Positions 48,797-57,583 of a stretch of 64,000 bases of DNA are shown here, piece after piece. The stretch lies in assembly GCA_963997925.1 (NCBI GenBank), contig CAXEOX010000004.1:1097-65096 (forward strand), written 5' to 3'. How positions within the stretch are numbered: the first letter of the stretch is position 1; each line of letters begins with the position of its first letter. The translations under genes and the position numbers were made by a program. Origin of the DNA: an uncultured bacterium (GTDB lineage: Bacteria > Chloroflexota > Dehalococcoidia > Lucifugimonadales > UBA3495). The notes beneath the pieces were generated by a model that saw only the letters and a list, made by a program, of their open reading frames with translations, had not been told where the DNA came from and ran no database searches.

Positions 48797-50512
48797 ATGG
48801 AGATGCGTGACTTCGTCGTCCGGTTCGCCGGCGAAGGCGGACAAGGAGTGGTAACCTCTGCAGAGGGTTTAGCCCAAGCAGCCACCCAGGTCGGCTATCA
48901 TGCTTTAACTTTCGCTACATTCCCTTCTCAGATCTTGGGCGGTCCCACATGGACCCAAGCCAGGATCTCGGTCGACCCGATCCTCAGCCCCGGCGACGAC
49001 GTTGATGTCCTCGTAGCTTTCAATCAAGACGCCTACGACGAACACAATCCCGACGTTCGGGATGAAGGCGTTATCATCTTCAACTCCAACGAATTCCAGT
49101 TGGAAGGAGATGCGCGAGGATTCGGTCTTCCCTTCGACGAGTTAGCCAAGTCCACCGGCAATGCCCGGGCTGCGAATATGGTGATCATCGGTGCCCTAGC
49201 CCACTTGGTCGACATGCCTCAAACGTACCTGGAGGAGTTTGTTACCAAGAGGTTCACCCGCGGCCGGTCCGGAGATGATGAAATCATCAAGGCCAACATC
49301 CAGGCCATGACGCTGGGACGGGAGCACATCTCTGAAAGCGGTCTCGCCCTGGGGGCTCTAGCCGCTCCTAAACCGCCTGATTACGCCCAAGTGATGCTCA
49401 AAGGAAACGAAGCCATTTCCTTGGGAGCGCTAGCCGGAGGCTTGGACTTTTACGCAGGATACCCTATCTCCCCAGCCACAACGATTCTGTTGTACATGGA
49501 GAGGAACCTGGTCGGCGAGGGTAAGTTCGCCCATCAAGTAAGCTCGGAGATTGAGTCCATTACCGCCTTACTGGGAGCAGGATTCGCCGGTAAGAAAGCC
49601 ATGACGGCCACCGCAGGGCCAGGATTTTCCCTGATGAGCGAAGGCCTGGGCCTAGGGTGGATAGCTGAGATTCCCTTGGTTGTTGTGGATGTGCAAAGAG
49701 GTGGCCCGGCCACCGGACTGCCCACCAAGACAGAACAATCGGACCTCATGGCCTGCATGTTCCCGGCCCATGGCGATGTTCGGATGCCCGTCATCGCCGT
49801 CGGAACGGTTGAAGAGTGTTTCTACGGTGCAATCAAGGCTCTCAACTGGGCCGAGCGTTACCAAGGGCCGGTGATATTGATGACCGAGATGTCCTTGGCG
49901 GAACGGGTACAAAATATCCAAAAGCCGGACCTTTCCAAGGTTGAAGACCAGCGGCGGCAGACCTACCAAGGTTCCAACGGCTACAATCGATACGCTGGAT
50001 TCGAATTGTCCCCCATGCCGGTCCCCGGCAATCCCGGCTCATACGTTGCCAACGGCAGTGAACATGACGACATGGGTGACACAACTCACTTGGGCAGCCG
50101 CCACATACAGATGACAGAGCGCCGCTTCAGCAAGTTGAAACTGCTGGAAGAGGACGAATACGAAAGAGACAACACTGAAGAGTCCATCGCAATGATGCCT
50201 TGGGGCGGCTCGAAAGGTCCAGCACAAGAAGCCTACATTCAGTTGAAGGCTTCGGGAGTACCGGTCGGCTGGTACTACACCATGAATCTCAGCCCATTGC
50301 CCCCCAAATTGCTGGAAGAGCTGAAAAAGAAGGATCTGGTTCTAGTCCCGGAGTTGAACTATCAGGGGCAGTTTGCCAACATCTTGCGTTCCCAAGGAGT
50401 TAAAGCCGAGGCTATCACCCAATATACGGGGCTCCCCTTCAAAGTTAGAGACCTGGTAAAGCGGGTCACCGAAGCAACGGAGACCGTTAGGAAGGAGGCG
50501 GCTGGGGTATGA
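48797..50512 (+). CDS. 2-oxoacid (2-oxoglutarate-type):ferredoxin oxidoreductase alpha subunit (gamma-alpha fusion)
   Basis: 571 aa. The N-terminal gamma-like domain (FAGEGGQGVVTS) is fused to the alpha domain (YPISPAT...). GGGAGA RBS. Confidence 0.8.
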   Translation: MEMRDFVVRFAGEGGQGVVTSAEGLAQAATQVGYHALTFATFPSQILGGPTWTQARISVDPILSPGDDVDVLVAFNQDAYDEHNPDVRDEGVIIFNSNEFQLEGDARGFGLPFDELAKSTGNARAANMVIIGALAHLVDMPQTYLEEFVTKRFTRGRSGDDEIIKANIQAMTLGREHISESGLALGALAAPKPPDYAQVMLKGNEAISLGALAGGLDFYAGYPISPATTILLYMERNLVGEGKFAHQVSSEIESITALLGAGFAGKKAMTATAGPGFSLMSEGLGLGWIAEIPLVVVDVQRGGPATGLPTKTEQSDLMACMFPAHGDVRMPVIAVGTVEECFYGAIKALNWAERYQGPVILMTEMSLAERVQNIQKPDLSKVEDQRRQTYQGSNGYNRYAGFELSPMPVPGNPGSYVANGSEHDDMGDTTHLGSRHIQMTERRFSKLKLLEEDEYERDNTEESIAMMPWGGSKGPAQEAYIQLKASGVPVGWYYTMNLSPLPPKLLEELKKKDLVLVPELNYQGQFANILRSQGVKAEAITQYTGLPFKVRDLVKRVTEATETVRKEAAGV

Positions 50513-51375
50513 GCAAAAAGAACGAAGAATACGACTTTAAGTGGTGCCCGGGTTGCGGAGACTTTGGGGTCCGCAGGGCGTTGGAAATGGCGATGATTGA
50601 CCGTCTTGAAGAGACGGGGCTTCCCATTGAAAACAACGTGGTGGTGGCTGGTATCGGTTGCTCAGGAAACCTGGTACATCTTCTTGAGGGTAACCAACCC
50701 TACGGTTTCCACGGCATCCACGGCAGGTCTTTACCCATATCCCTGGGCGTAAAGATGGCCCGCCCCGAACTGAACGTGGTCGTCGTGGCCGGCGATGGAG
50801 ACTTCCTGAGCATCGGCGGCGAGCATATCGGACCCCAAGCTTCCCGAAACTTAAACGTCTGCGTAATAGTGATGGACAACGGCGTCTACGGTCTTACTAA
50901 GGGCCAAAGCTCACCGACAACCAAGTTAGGTGAAATAACCAGTTCAACACCTTTCGGCAAGATAGAGTCACAACTGAATCCCTTGGAGCTGTATCTAACC
51001 CTGGGTGTTTCCTTTATCGCTTCCGGGTTTTCAGGACAGGTCAGGCCGTTGGCCAAGCTGATTACGCAAGGGATGGAGCATAAGGGGTTTTCCATAGTGC
51101 ACGTACAATCTCCTTGCACCACCTATAACGATACCTTCGAACTGCTCAAAGGCAACATACAAAAGGGGATTGAGCCAGGACTGTGGGAGATTTCGGAAGA
51201 TCACGACACCAGCGACAAGGTAGCCGCGCAGCAATTACTCCAACAGGGCGGCGTTCCGGTTGGCGTGCTCTACAACGATACTTTCCGTCCTTCGATGGAC
51301 CAGCAGATCGAGCAGATGTGGGGCAGGGCAGAGCCGAAGACCGTACAGCAGTTGATGGACGCCTTCGAGTTTTAA
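50509..51375 (+). CDS. 2-oxoacid:ferredoxin oxidoreductase beta subunit (TPP-binding)
   Basis: WCPGCGDFG and GDGDFLSIGGEH...MDNGVYGLTKGQ TPP motif. It overlaps the alpha gene by 4 nt. Confidence 0.85.
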   Translation: MSKKNEEYDFKWCPGCGDFGVRRALEMAMIDRLEETGLPIENNVVVAGIGCSGNLVHLLEGNQPYGFHGIHGRSLPISLGVKMARPELNVVVVAGDGDFLSIGGEHIGPQASRNLNVCVIVMDNGVYGLTKGQSSPTTKLGEITSSTPFGKIESQLNPLELYLTLGVSFIASGFSGQVRPLAKLITQGMEHKGFSIVHVQSPCTTYNDTFELLKGNIQKGIEPGLWEISEDHDTSDKVAAQQLLQQGGVPVGVLYNDTFRPSMDQQIEQMWGRAEPKTVQQLMDAFEF

Positions 51376-51398
51376 CCCAGGTTCCGCCTCAGAAACTG

Positions 51399-51434
51399 AA
51401 AAGCTCCCCGCTTACGCCGGGGAGCTTTTATTTT
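51399..51434. terminator. Intrinsic terminator shared by convergent genes
   Basis: The 11-bp stem AAAAGCTCCCC/GGGGAGCTTTT is followed by TTTTATTTT on the plus strand and a T-rich tract on the minus strand. Confidence 0.75.
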
Positions 51435-51441
51435 GGCTTAG

Positions 51442-51981
51442 CTAGGTCTCTCTGTTCGCCGCTAGATACTCTTGCAAGTGCTGCCGGAGGAGTAGACGGC
51501 CCCGGTGAAGCCGGGCTTTCAACGACGATACGGAGATGTCTAAAATCTGGGCCGCCTCTTCGTTGCTTAACCCTTGGACGTCCCGAAGCACTACGGCGGT
51601 TTTGAGGTTGTCCTAAAGCATGTCCAGCCCCTGCTCCAAGTGCTCCCGAAGCTCACTATTCAGCGCCAGTTTCTCAGGACCTTCTCCCGGGCTGGGGAGA
51701 TCAATCTCTTCGTAGCCGGTCTGTGTGAGGTTCCGCCGGGGCCGCTCTTTGCGCAGCTTCATCAGGGCGGCGTTGGTGGCGATGCGATACAGCCAAGTAC
51801 CAATCCGAGACTCGCCACGGAACCGCTCGAAGTTGCGGTATGCGGCCAAGAAAGCGTCCTGGGCAGCATCTTCAGCGTCAGCGTGGTTCCCCAGGATTCT
51901 ATAGGTCAGGTTGCATACGAAATCGCCGTACTCGGTAACGATGTCTTCAAAAGTTTGTGTGGGCTGGGATTCCATTGGCAA
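51442..51981 (-). pseudogene. ECF (group 4) sigma-70 factor interrupted by one in-frame TAG (51613-51615)
   Basis: Region 2 ([36 protein letters not shown]) lies in the 122-aa ORF. The same frame continues after the TAG as DNLKTAVVLRDVQGLSNEEAAQILDISVSSLKARLHRGR (region 4) to TAG 51442-51444. Confidence 0.8.
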
Positions 51982-52182
51982 TCAGAGCTTTTCAGCAAAT
52001 ATATCTTTGGCCTGCATTGTGCATCTAAAGTTATGAGTTTGTCTATAGAAAGACAATTACACTTGATACGAGAGGCCCAGCGAATGCTCGCAGCTCATCG
52101 AATTAAGAGACGGTATTTGGCAAAGCTAGCGGTTGATGTCGATCGGACATGAGTTTAGAATACCCTGGGGGACGTTAAAGTG

Positions 52183-52446
52183 ATGGGATTTTTTCACAAG
52201 CTATTTCACCCGGGCGAAGTCGATTGCAACGAAGTCCAGAAGCTTTCGTCGGACTTCCTGGAGAAGGATCTCTTCCCACCCAAAAGGTCGGCTTTCCAGG
52301 CCCACCTAGACAACTGCGGTCCTTGCCGCGCCTTCGTAGACACACTGGCATCCACCATCGGGATACTATCCCGATTCCCCAAAATGGCGGCTCCTCCCAC
52401 GTTTCACGACTCGGTCATGGACCGCATCAGGCAGGAAAAGAAGTAG
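52183..52446 (+). CDS. zf-HC2 anti-sigma-factor-like protein (87-88 aa, no TM segment)
   Basis: HLDNCGPCRAF (HxxxCxxC) with an upstream Cys. It is divergent from the ECF sigma gene. GTG 52180 is an alternative start. Confidence 0.6.
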   Translation: MGFFHKLFHPGEVDCNEVQKLSSDFLEKDLFPPKRSAFQAHLDNCGPCRAFVDTLASTIGILSRFPKMAAPPTFHDSVMDRIRQEKK

Positions 52447-52558
52447 TTCGCGTTTCTGCTTGAGGCGGTTGGTCGTGGAAAAGCAGGGGGTAAGGCGGGT
52501 GAGGAAGTTCGCTGGGTTTCTTAAGCTGGCACTGGCATGCCCAATACCTATCCCTCTA

Positions 52559-53053
52559 CTAGCTAGACAGCAGCGTTTCTTCCTGAAGCGATTGGTACTT
52601 GGAAGGGCATTTCACAAGGATGGAGTCTGTATGGAAGACTTGGTCCTCCCCATAGCTACCTTCCAAGATGACCTCGGAATGAGGGTTGAAGAACAAATCA
52701 GGCAGCACCCCCACGAAAGTCGCTGACAGATGCACTCCAGCCGACTCCGCAGTCTCGTCCCTAAGTTGGAAATGGGAAGTCGTTGACCTCTCTTCTCTCT
52801 GGAAAGAGTCCGCCACCAGCTTGCCCGACACCCGAAGCGTCCGTCCGTCGTGGACGTCCGTCTTGTTGATTAGCTCACCCACGGTCAAGAAGTAAAGAGC
52901 GTTGCCTGGGAAAGCAGCGTATATCATGTAGCCAAGAGCCAGCGACACTACCGCCGCCAAGACCAGGAAACGGGTCCGGTGGCTCTGATTGCCCCGCTCA
53001 GCATCTTCTTCAGTTTCTGCCCAATCTTGCCAGTCCGGTTCCAACTCAGCCAA
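52559..53053 (-). CDS. ccmE: Cytochrome c maturation haem chaperone CcmE, CxxxY variant
   Basis: TM anchor plus OB fold (LRVSGKLV...GVLPDLF...VILEG). KCPSKY stands where the canonical protein has KHDENY. The start is taken at TTG 53053 (GAGG RBS). The ORF track opens at 53218 inside ccmD. Confidence 0.75.
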   Translation of the reverse strand: MAELEPDWQDWAETEEDAERGNQSHRTRFLVLAAVVSLALGYMIYAAFPGNALYFLTVGELINKTDVHDGRTLRVSGKLVADSFQREERSTTSHFQLRDETAESAGVHLSATFVGVLPDLFFNPHSEVILEGSYGEDQVFHTDSILVKCPSKYQSLQEETLLSS

Positions 53054-53100
53054 TATATCTACCTCGTGTGGCGTTACTACTACGATTATATACTGAAACC

Positions 53101-53292
53101 CTAGCCAGCGTCCTCTGATCCCTGTTGATCCAGCGTGCCACGCAACTCGGCAATCTCCTTGCGTAACTCCTGCTGCCGCCGGCTCACGAAGAAGGCATAG
53201 GCAAAGAAGGCGATCCAAGTAACCGCGAATGCGGCAAAAAGAAACGGCAGATTGGCCGGGGGCAACGTAGCCTGTAGTAGCGCTATTGGCAT
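53101..53292 (-). CDS. ccmD: Haem exporter protein CcmD
   Basis: Small single-TM protein between ccmC and ccmE. ATG 53292 lies 9 nt after GAGGAG. Confidence 0.6.
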   Translation of the reverse strand: MPIALLQATLPPANLPFLFAAFAVTWIAFFAYAFFVSRRQQELRKEIAELRGTLDQQGSEDAG

Positions 53293-53336
53293 TTCATTCA
53301 ACTCCTCAAGTCAGGAGACGAGAACGCGGACTGGCG

Positions 53337-54044
53337 TCAGCGCCCGGCTCTTCGCAGCACAAGCCGCATGCCTCGTAGCCGGTCCTCGCTGTTCCGCAGT
53401 GCAGTTCGCTCCGCCACCAAGTAGGAAAAAAGAATCAAGAACGTCACGAAAGAAAACAGCAGTATCCACCACATTATGGGTTCCAGAGCGTTAGCCTGGG
53501 CGAAGGGGCCCACCACCGGGGACGGATGTATAGAACGCCACCAAATCACCGAATAGTACACTATTGGGACGTCTACAAATCCCACGATTCCCACCACCGC
53601 CGAGTAACGGGCCGCCTGCTGTTGGTTAGAAGCGTATGAACGAATCATCAGGTAGGAAACGTAAATCAGCCAAAGTATCAGCGTCGTGGTCAGACGCGGT
53701 TCCCAGGTCCACCAAGTATTCCACAACGGCTTACCCCAGATGATACCGGTCAGCAGCGCCAGAGTGACAAACACCACGCCAACCTCGGCGCACGAGTGGG
53801 CGATTCGGTCCCACTTCCCGTCACGCCGCACCAGATAGGCGATGCTGGCCAGGAAAACCAAGAAGAACGCCAGAAAGGACATGATGGCTATCGGCACGTG
53901 GAAATAGAACACCCTCTGAACGTGCCCCAAGACTGCGTCGGTGGGCGCCACCATAAATATGAGATATAGGTCCGCCATCATAAACAGACCGCTCAAAACC
54001 ACCAGATAACCCGTCAAATTATGGCGGACACCGTTCCCCAACAA
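53337..54044 (-). CDS. ccmC: Haem exporter protein CcmC
   Basis: Trp-rich motif WGKPLWNTWWTWEPRLTT, with Glu where the canonical WWD motif has Asp, and flanking His residues. Confidence 0.85.
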   Translation of the reverse strand: MLGNGVRHNLTGYLVVLSGLFMMADLYLIFMVAPTDAVLGHVQRVFYFHVPIAIMSFLAFFLVFLASIAYLVRRDGKWDRIAHSCAEVGVVFVTLALLTGIIWGKPLWNTWWTWEPRLTTTLILWLIYVSYLMIRSYASNQQQAARYSAVVGIVGFVDVPIVYYSVIWWRSIHPSPVVGPFAQANALEPIMWWILLFSFVTFLILFSYLVAERTALRNSEDRLRGMRLVLRRAGR

Positions 54045-54087
54045 TCGGTCCTACCTCCTGTTCCCTTCAACCGTCATTCTTCAACCA

Positions 54088-54762
54088 TTATTCTTCAACG
54101 ACTACGGCAAAGACCCACGGACATATTACTAAGAATAGAGCGTCGAAGATAGCTAAGAGAGGCAGCCACCGGTTCAATCCCACCCCGGATTCAGACCCCA
54201 TGGATGCGGAGGAAGCTTCAACCGCTGCGATAATCACCGGCAAAATGACCGGGAAGAAAAGCACCGGGAGCATGATTTCCCGAGACCTTGTCTGGACAGC
54301 GATGGCAGAAAACAGTGTGCCGACCAGAGCGAATCCCAGCGTGGCCAAAGCGATGGTTAACACGAGGGTTAAAGACAATACTGAAAAATTTAGCAGTACA
54401 CCGAAGACCGGCAGCAAAGCAACTTCCACCGAAAGCATGAATAGGAAACTGCCAAAGGCCTTGCCCAAGAAGATGGCGTCCCGGCTCACCGGAGACAGCA
54501 GCAATCCGTCCAACCCGCCCTGCTCCATCTCCCGAACGAAGGACCGGTTCATGGCCAACGTCGCCGCAAAGGCGAAGGTTACCCAGATTATCCCTGGGGC
54601 CAGCACGGTGACCCGCTGCGCCGTGACGTTCAGCGCGAAGTTAAACACAATCACAATCAACAAGCTGAAGACCAACACCGACACCACCAGATCCCGGGAA
54701 CGCCACTCTAGTAGGATATCCTTCCCCACCAGAATCAAGACCGGCCTCAGTAACTGCATCAT
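54088..54762 (-). CDS. ccmB: Haem exporter permease CcmB
   Basis: 224-aa six-TM protein between ccmA and ccmC. It overlaps ccmA by 4 nt. Confidence 0.75.
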   Translation of the reverse strand: MMQLLRPVLILVGKDILLEWRSRDLVVSVLVFSLLIVIVFNFALNVTAQRVTVLAPGIIWVTFAFAATLAMNRSFVREMEQGGLDGLLLSPVSRDAIFLGKAFGSFLFMLSVEVALLPVFGVLLNFSVLSLTLVLTIALATLGFALVGTLFSAIAVQTRSREIMLPVLFFPVILPVIIAAVEASSASMGSESGVGLNRWLPLLAIFDALFLVICPWVFAVVVEE

Positions 54763-55481
54763 CGGTTGGACTCCAGGGACGTGGTAACGTAACGCCGGAA
54801 CTCGGCATCGCCGTCCGTCCCACTCGATCCGGGCCGCTGGATTTTACCTTCAGCCAACAGACCGACTTGGCCGGCCCATGAGAACCCCAAGTCGATGTCG
54901 TGGGTAGTCATGACCACGGAACGTCCGGAGGCTGTCCACTCTTGCAGTAGTTCCTTGAGCATTTCCACCGACCCCCGGTCCAACCCACTTTCCGGCTCAT
55001 CCAGCATCAGGATCGGCGGTTGATGCAGGATAGCCCGGGCGATGGCTACGCGTTTCTGCATCCCGTGGGATAGACTGCGCAGCCGATATCCGGACCGGCG
55101 GCTCATCCCCAACCTGGAAAGGGCTTCGACAGCCCGTTTCTCAGGGTCTTTGAGACCGAACAAGCGCCCGTAGTAGACAAGGTTTTCCAGGGACGTAAGG
55201 TCGTCGTAGAGAAAAGTGCGGTGGGCAACGACACCAACCCGGCTCCGAACAGCCTGTGGGTTCCGACGTAAGTCATGACCGGATACCAGAGCCGTGCCTG
55301 CGTCGGCCTTGGCTTGGGTGGACAAGATGCGCAGCAAGGTGGACTTGCCCGCGCCGTTGGCACCGAACAGGACGAGAAATTGCCCCCAGCCAAGGGTTAG
55401 ATCCAAGTTCCAGAGTACCGGCCAGTCGCCAAAACTCTTTTCCAGTCCCTCTACCCTAATAGCGTCCCCAACAGGATTCAC
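54759..55481 (-). CDS. ccmA: Haem exporter ATP-binding protein CcmA
   Basis: Walker A GANGAGKSTLL, LSHGMQKRVAIARA and LMLDEP. GTG start. Confidence 0.8.
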   Translation of the reverse strand: MNPVGDAIRVEGLEKSFGDWPVLWNLDLTLGWGQFLVLFGANGAGKSTLLRILSTQAKADAGTALVSGHDLRRNPQAVRSRVGVVAHRTFLYDDLTSLENLVYYGRLFGLKDPEKRAVEALSRLGMSRRSGYRLRSLSHGMQKRVAIARAILHQPPILMLDEPESGLDRGSVEMLKELLQEWTASGRSVVMTTHDIDLGFSWAGQVGLLAEGKIQRPGSSGTDGDAEFRRYVTTSLESNR

Positions 55482-55730
55482 CGGCGCAACGATATTCTAC
55501 TCCGCCGCTGCAGCTAACCCGAAGGGAGAGAAGGGAACCAAATAGAACGGTTCCGAATCAACAGAACCGTCGTCATAAGCCTCGCGGCCGATATGACCCA
55601 ACGCACAACTCCTTGCCAACCTTCAGGTACGATTCGAATTCTCATGATATCCTTGAAGGAAGTGGCAATACAAGTTGAAAGGTCCTTAGGGGTCCTAAAT
55701 GACGTGGGCACAGAGGTAGTACACGCTGTG

Positions 55731-55758
55731 CAAAACCGCCCCCTTTCGTAAAGGGGGC
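55731..55758 (-). terminator. Intrinsic terminator after the response-regulator gene
   Basis: Stem GCCCCCTTT/AAAGGGGGC with a 3-nt loop, followed on the minus strand by GGTTTTG. Confidence 0.6.
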
Positions 55759-55822
55759 AGGGGAATATCCACGGCACCACCTCACCTCGAGAGGGCGTCG
55801 CCATCAGCCGCCGGGAATTCCC

Positions 55823-56470
55823 CTAGGCGGCGTCGCGGATGTAAGTGAGGACCGCTTGGACCCGGGGATGAAGGTCGCCATTGTGGCCCAAGTGGAGTTC
55901 TTGGTATATAGCGTTGATATAGTTCTCCACCGACTTGGTTCCGAGAACCAGATTATCGGCGATGGCCGAGTTGTTGTAGCCCTTGGCCATCATCGACAGA
56001 ACTTCTTGCTGGCGCGGAGTGAGACCGGCTGTATCCGAGCCTTTACGCGGCTTCATGCTGTTGACCCCTCCCTGGTCCATGACAACCAATCCGCAAGCCG
56101 CTCCCTCGATAGCCCGTACCAAGGCATCGGCATCGGTCACCGATTGTTTCAGAACGTAGGACCAACCGGACATCTCATCGGAAGCAATCAAGCTGACGTA
56201 CTCCCGCTCCTTATGGGCCGACAAGAGAATCACACCCATATCCGGGTGGTTTGACTTGATAGCCTTGCCAGCCTCGATACCGTTGGGATCACTACCCAAC
56301 TCTATGTCCATCAATACGACCTCAGGACGCATCTGGCCGGTGGCTTGGATGGCTGCATTGCCATCGCACACGGCGCCTACGATTTCCAGATTGGGTATCG
56401 CCCCCAAGGAAATCTTCAGCATGTCTCGAAAGAGACCTTCATTCTCAACGATAAGAACCTTGACCATCAA
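55823..56470 (-). CDS. NarL/LuxR-family response regulator (no kinase gene adjacent)
   Basis: REC domain (VLIVENE...VVLMDIELG...) plus a LuxR HTH (LTPRQQEVLSMMAKGYNNSAIADNL). Confidence 0.85.
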   Translation of the reverse strand: MMVKVLIVENEGLFRDMLKISLGAIPNLEIVGAVCDGNAAIQATGQMRPEVVLMDIELGSDPNGIEAGKAIKSNHPDMGVILLSAHKEREYVSLIASDEMSGWSYVLKQSVTDADALVRAIEGAACGLVVMDQGGVNSMKPRKGSDTAGLTPRQQEVLSMMAKGYNNSAIADNLVLGTKSVENYINAIYQELHLGHNGDLHPRVQAVLTYIRDAA

Positions 56471-56645
56471 TCCCCTCCGGAGCCGCGAATCGCCCTACCC
56501 TTATCCGGTGCATCGTCCCGGTATTCAAAGGCCTTATAACGGAGTTTATGGAGGATGATTTCTTAACGCAATGTCATAGACACAAGATTCTTGTCGAGAA
56601 AAATATAGGGGATGATGAAGCGGTCCGGAGGGCTGAAGCAGCGAG

Positions 56646-56713
56646 CCCTCACCCCGGCTCCGATTTCATTGGAACCACCCCTCTACCGTGGTGAGAGGGG
56701 ACGGGGGTGAGGG
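56646..56713. repeat. Nested G/C-tract hairpin (outer CCCTCACCCC/GGGGTGAGGG, inner CCCCTC...GAGGGG)
   Basis: Read directly from the sequence. ACATTTTTCG follows on the plus strand. Confidence 0.6.
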
Positions 56714-56761
56714 ACATTTTTCGAGACAACCGAGTTGGCCGTAGCTGCAAACTCTCTGGAA

Positions 56762-57556
56762 CTACGGTGTCTTGATACTTACTCCGCCGTCTACCGCCCA
56801 GGTGACTCCGGTGATGTACGCCGCTGCTGGCGAGGCCAGGAAAACCGACAGATAGCCCGGTTCTTTGAGCCTTCCGGTCCGGCCCAAGGGTACCTGCTTC
56901 GCAGCGGTGTCTTGGCGCGTCTGATAAGCCTCTGCGGACATCTGGTCCGGATCTGGAAACGAGCCCGGCGCGACAGTGTTGACTCGCACGCCGAAGGGCG
57001 CCCATTCTTGAGCCAAACATTCGGTGAACCGCATAAGACCCGCCTTGGCTGCGTCATAGGCCGAGTACTCGGGGCGGCCCCGGAATGACGCCCAGCCGGA
57101 GATATTGATGACGCAACCCTGTCGGCGCTCCAACAGGTGGGGACCGACGGCCCGGCACCCTTGAAAGGCCTCGGTCAAGTTAATGTCGATAACGTTGTGC
57201 CAATCTTCCTCGGTCATCCCTTCAGTATCGCTGCCGGGTAGTTTAACCACGGGCTTGTGTATGGAGTCGCCAACACAATTGACTAGCGTGTCGATATGGC
57301 CGAACTCTTTGAGCACCTGTTCTGTTATTCGGTCCATGTCGGCAGACTTTGTAGCATCGCCCGCCAAGGGGAGGGCGGTCCTTCCCAAAGCGCGGACTTC
57401 TTTCGCCACCTGATTGACACCGGTTTCGGTGAATCCCGTGATGGCCACATCAGCGCCCGCTTCGGCAAACACCATCGCGATGCCTTTACCGATACCCCGG
57501 CCCGCTCCAACCAACAATACCTTTTGTCCTGCGACGTCAAACTCTGGAATACTCAT
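56762..57556 (-). CDS. SDR-family oxidoreductase
   Basis: VGAGRGIGKGIA, YDAAK (YxxxK) and the PG...T tail. Confidence 0.8.
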   Translation of the reverse strand: MSIPEFDVAGQKVLLVGAGRGIGKGIAMVFAEAGADVAITGFTETGVNQVAKEVRALGRTALPLAGDATKSADMDRITEQVLKEFGHIDTLVNCVGDSIHKPVVKLPGSDTEGMTEEDWHNVIDINLTEAFQGCRAVGPHLLERRQGCVINISGWASFRGRPEYSAYDAAKAGLMRFTECLAQEWAPFGVRVNTVAPGSFPDPDQMSAEAYQTRQDTAAKQVPLGRTGRLKEPGYLSVFLASPAAAYITGVTWAVDGGVSIKTP

Positions 57557-57583
57557 TTGGTTGAATCCTCCTCATAGTCTGGG

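Noticed and set aside
48205-51615. Genome-wide reassignment of TAG to a sense codon.
   Set aside because: TAG is the natural terminator of at least seven well-delimited genes in the first 10 kb. Reading through those stops gives short, non-homologous tails.
55514-55804. A 96-aa ORF between ccmA and the response regulator.
   Set aside because: It has no RBS. It spans a terminator hairpin, and its composition is atypical (Cys/Arg/Trp-rich). It is probably non-coding.
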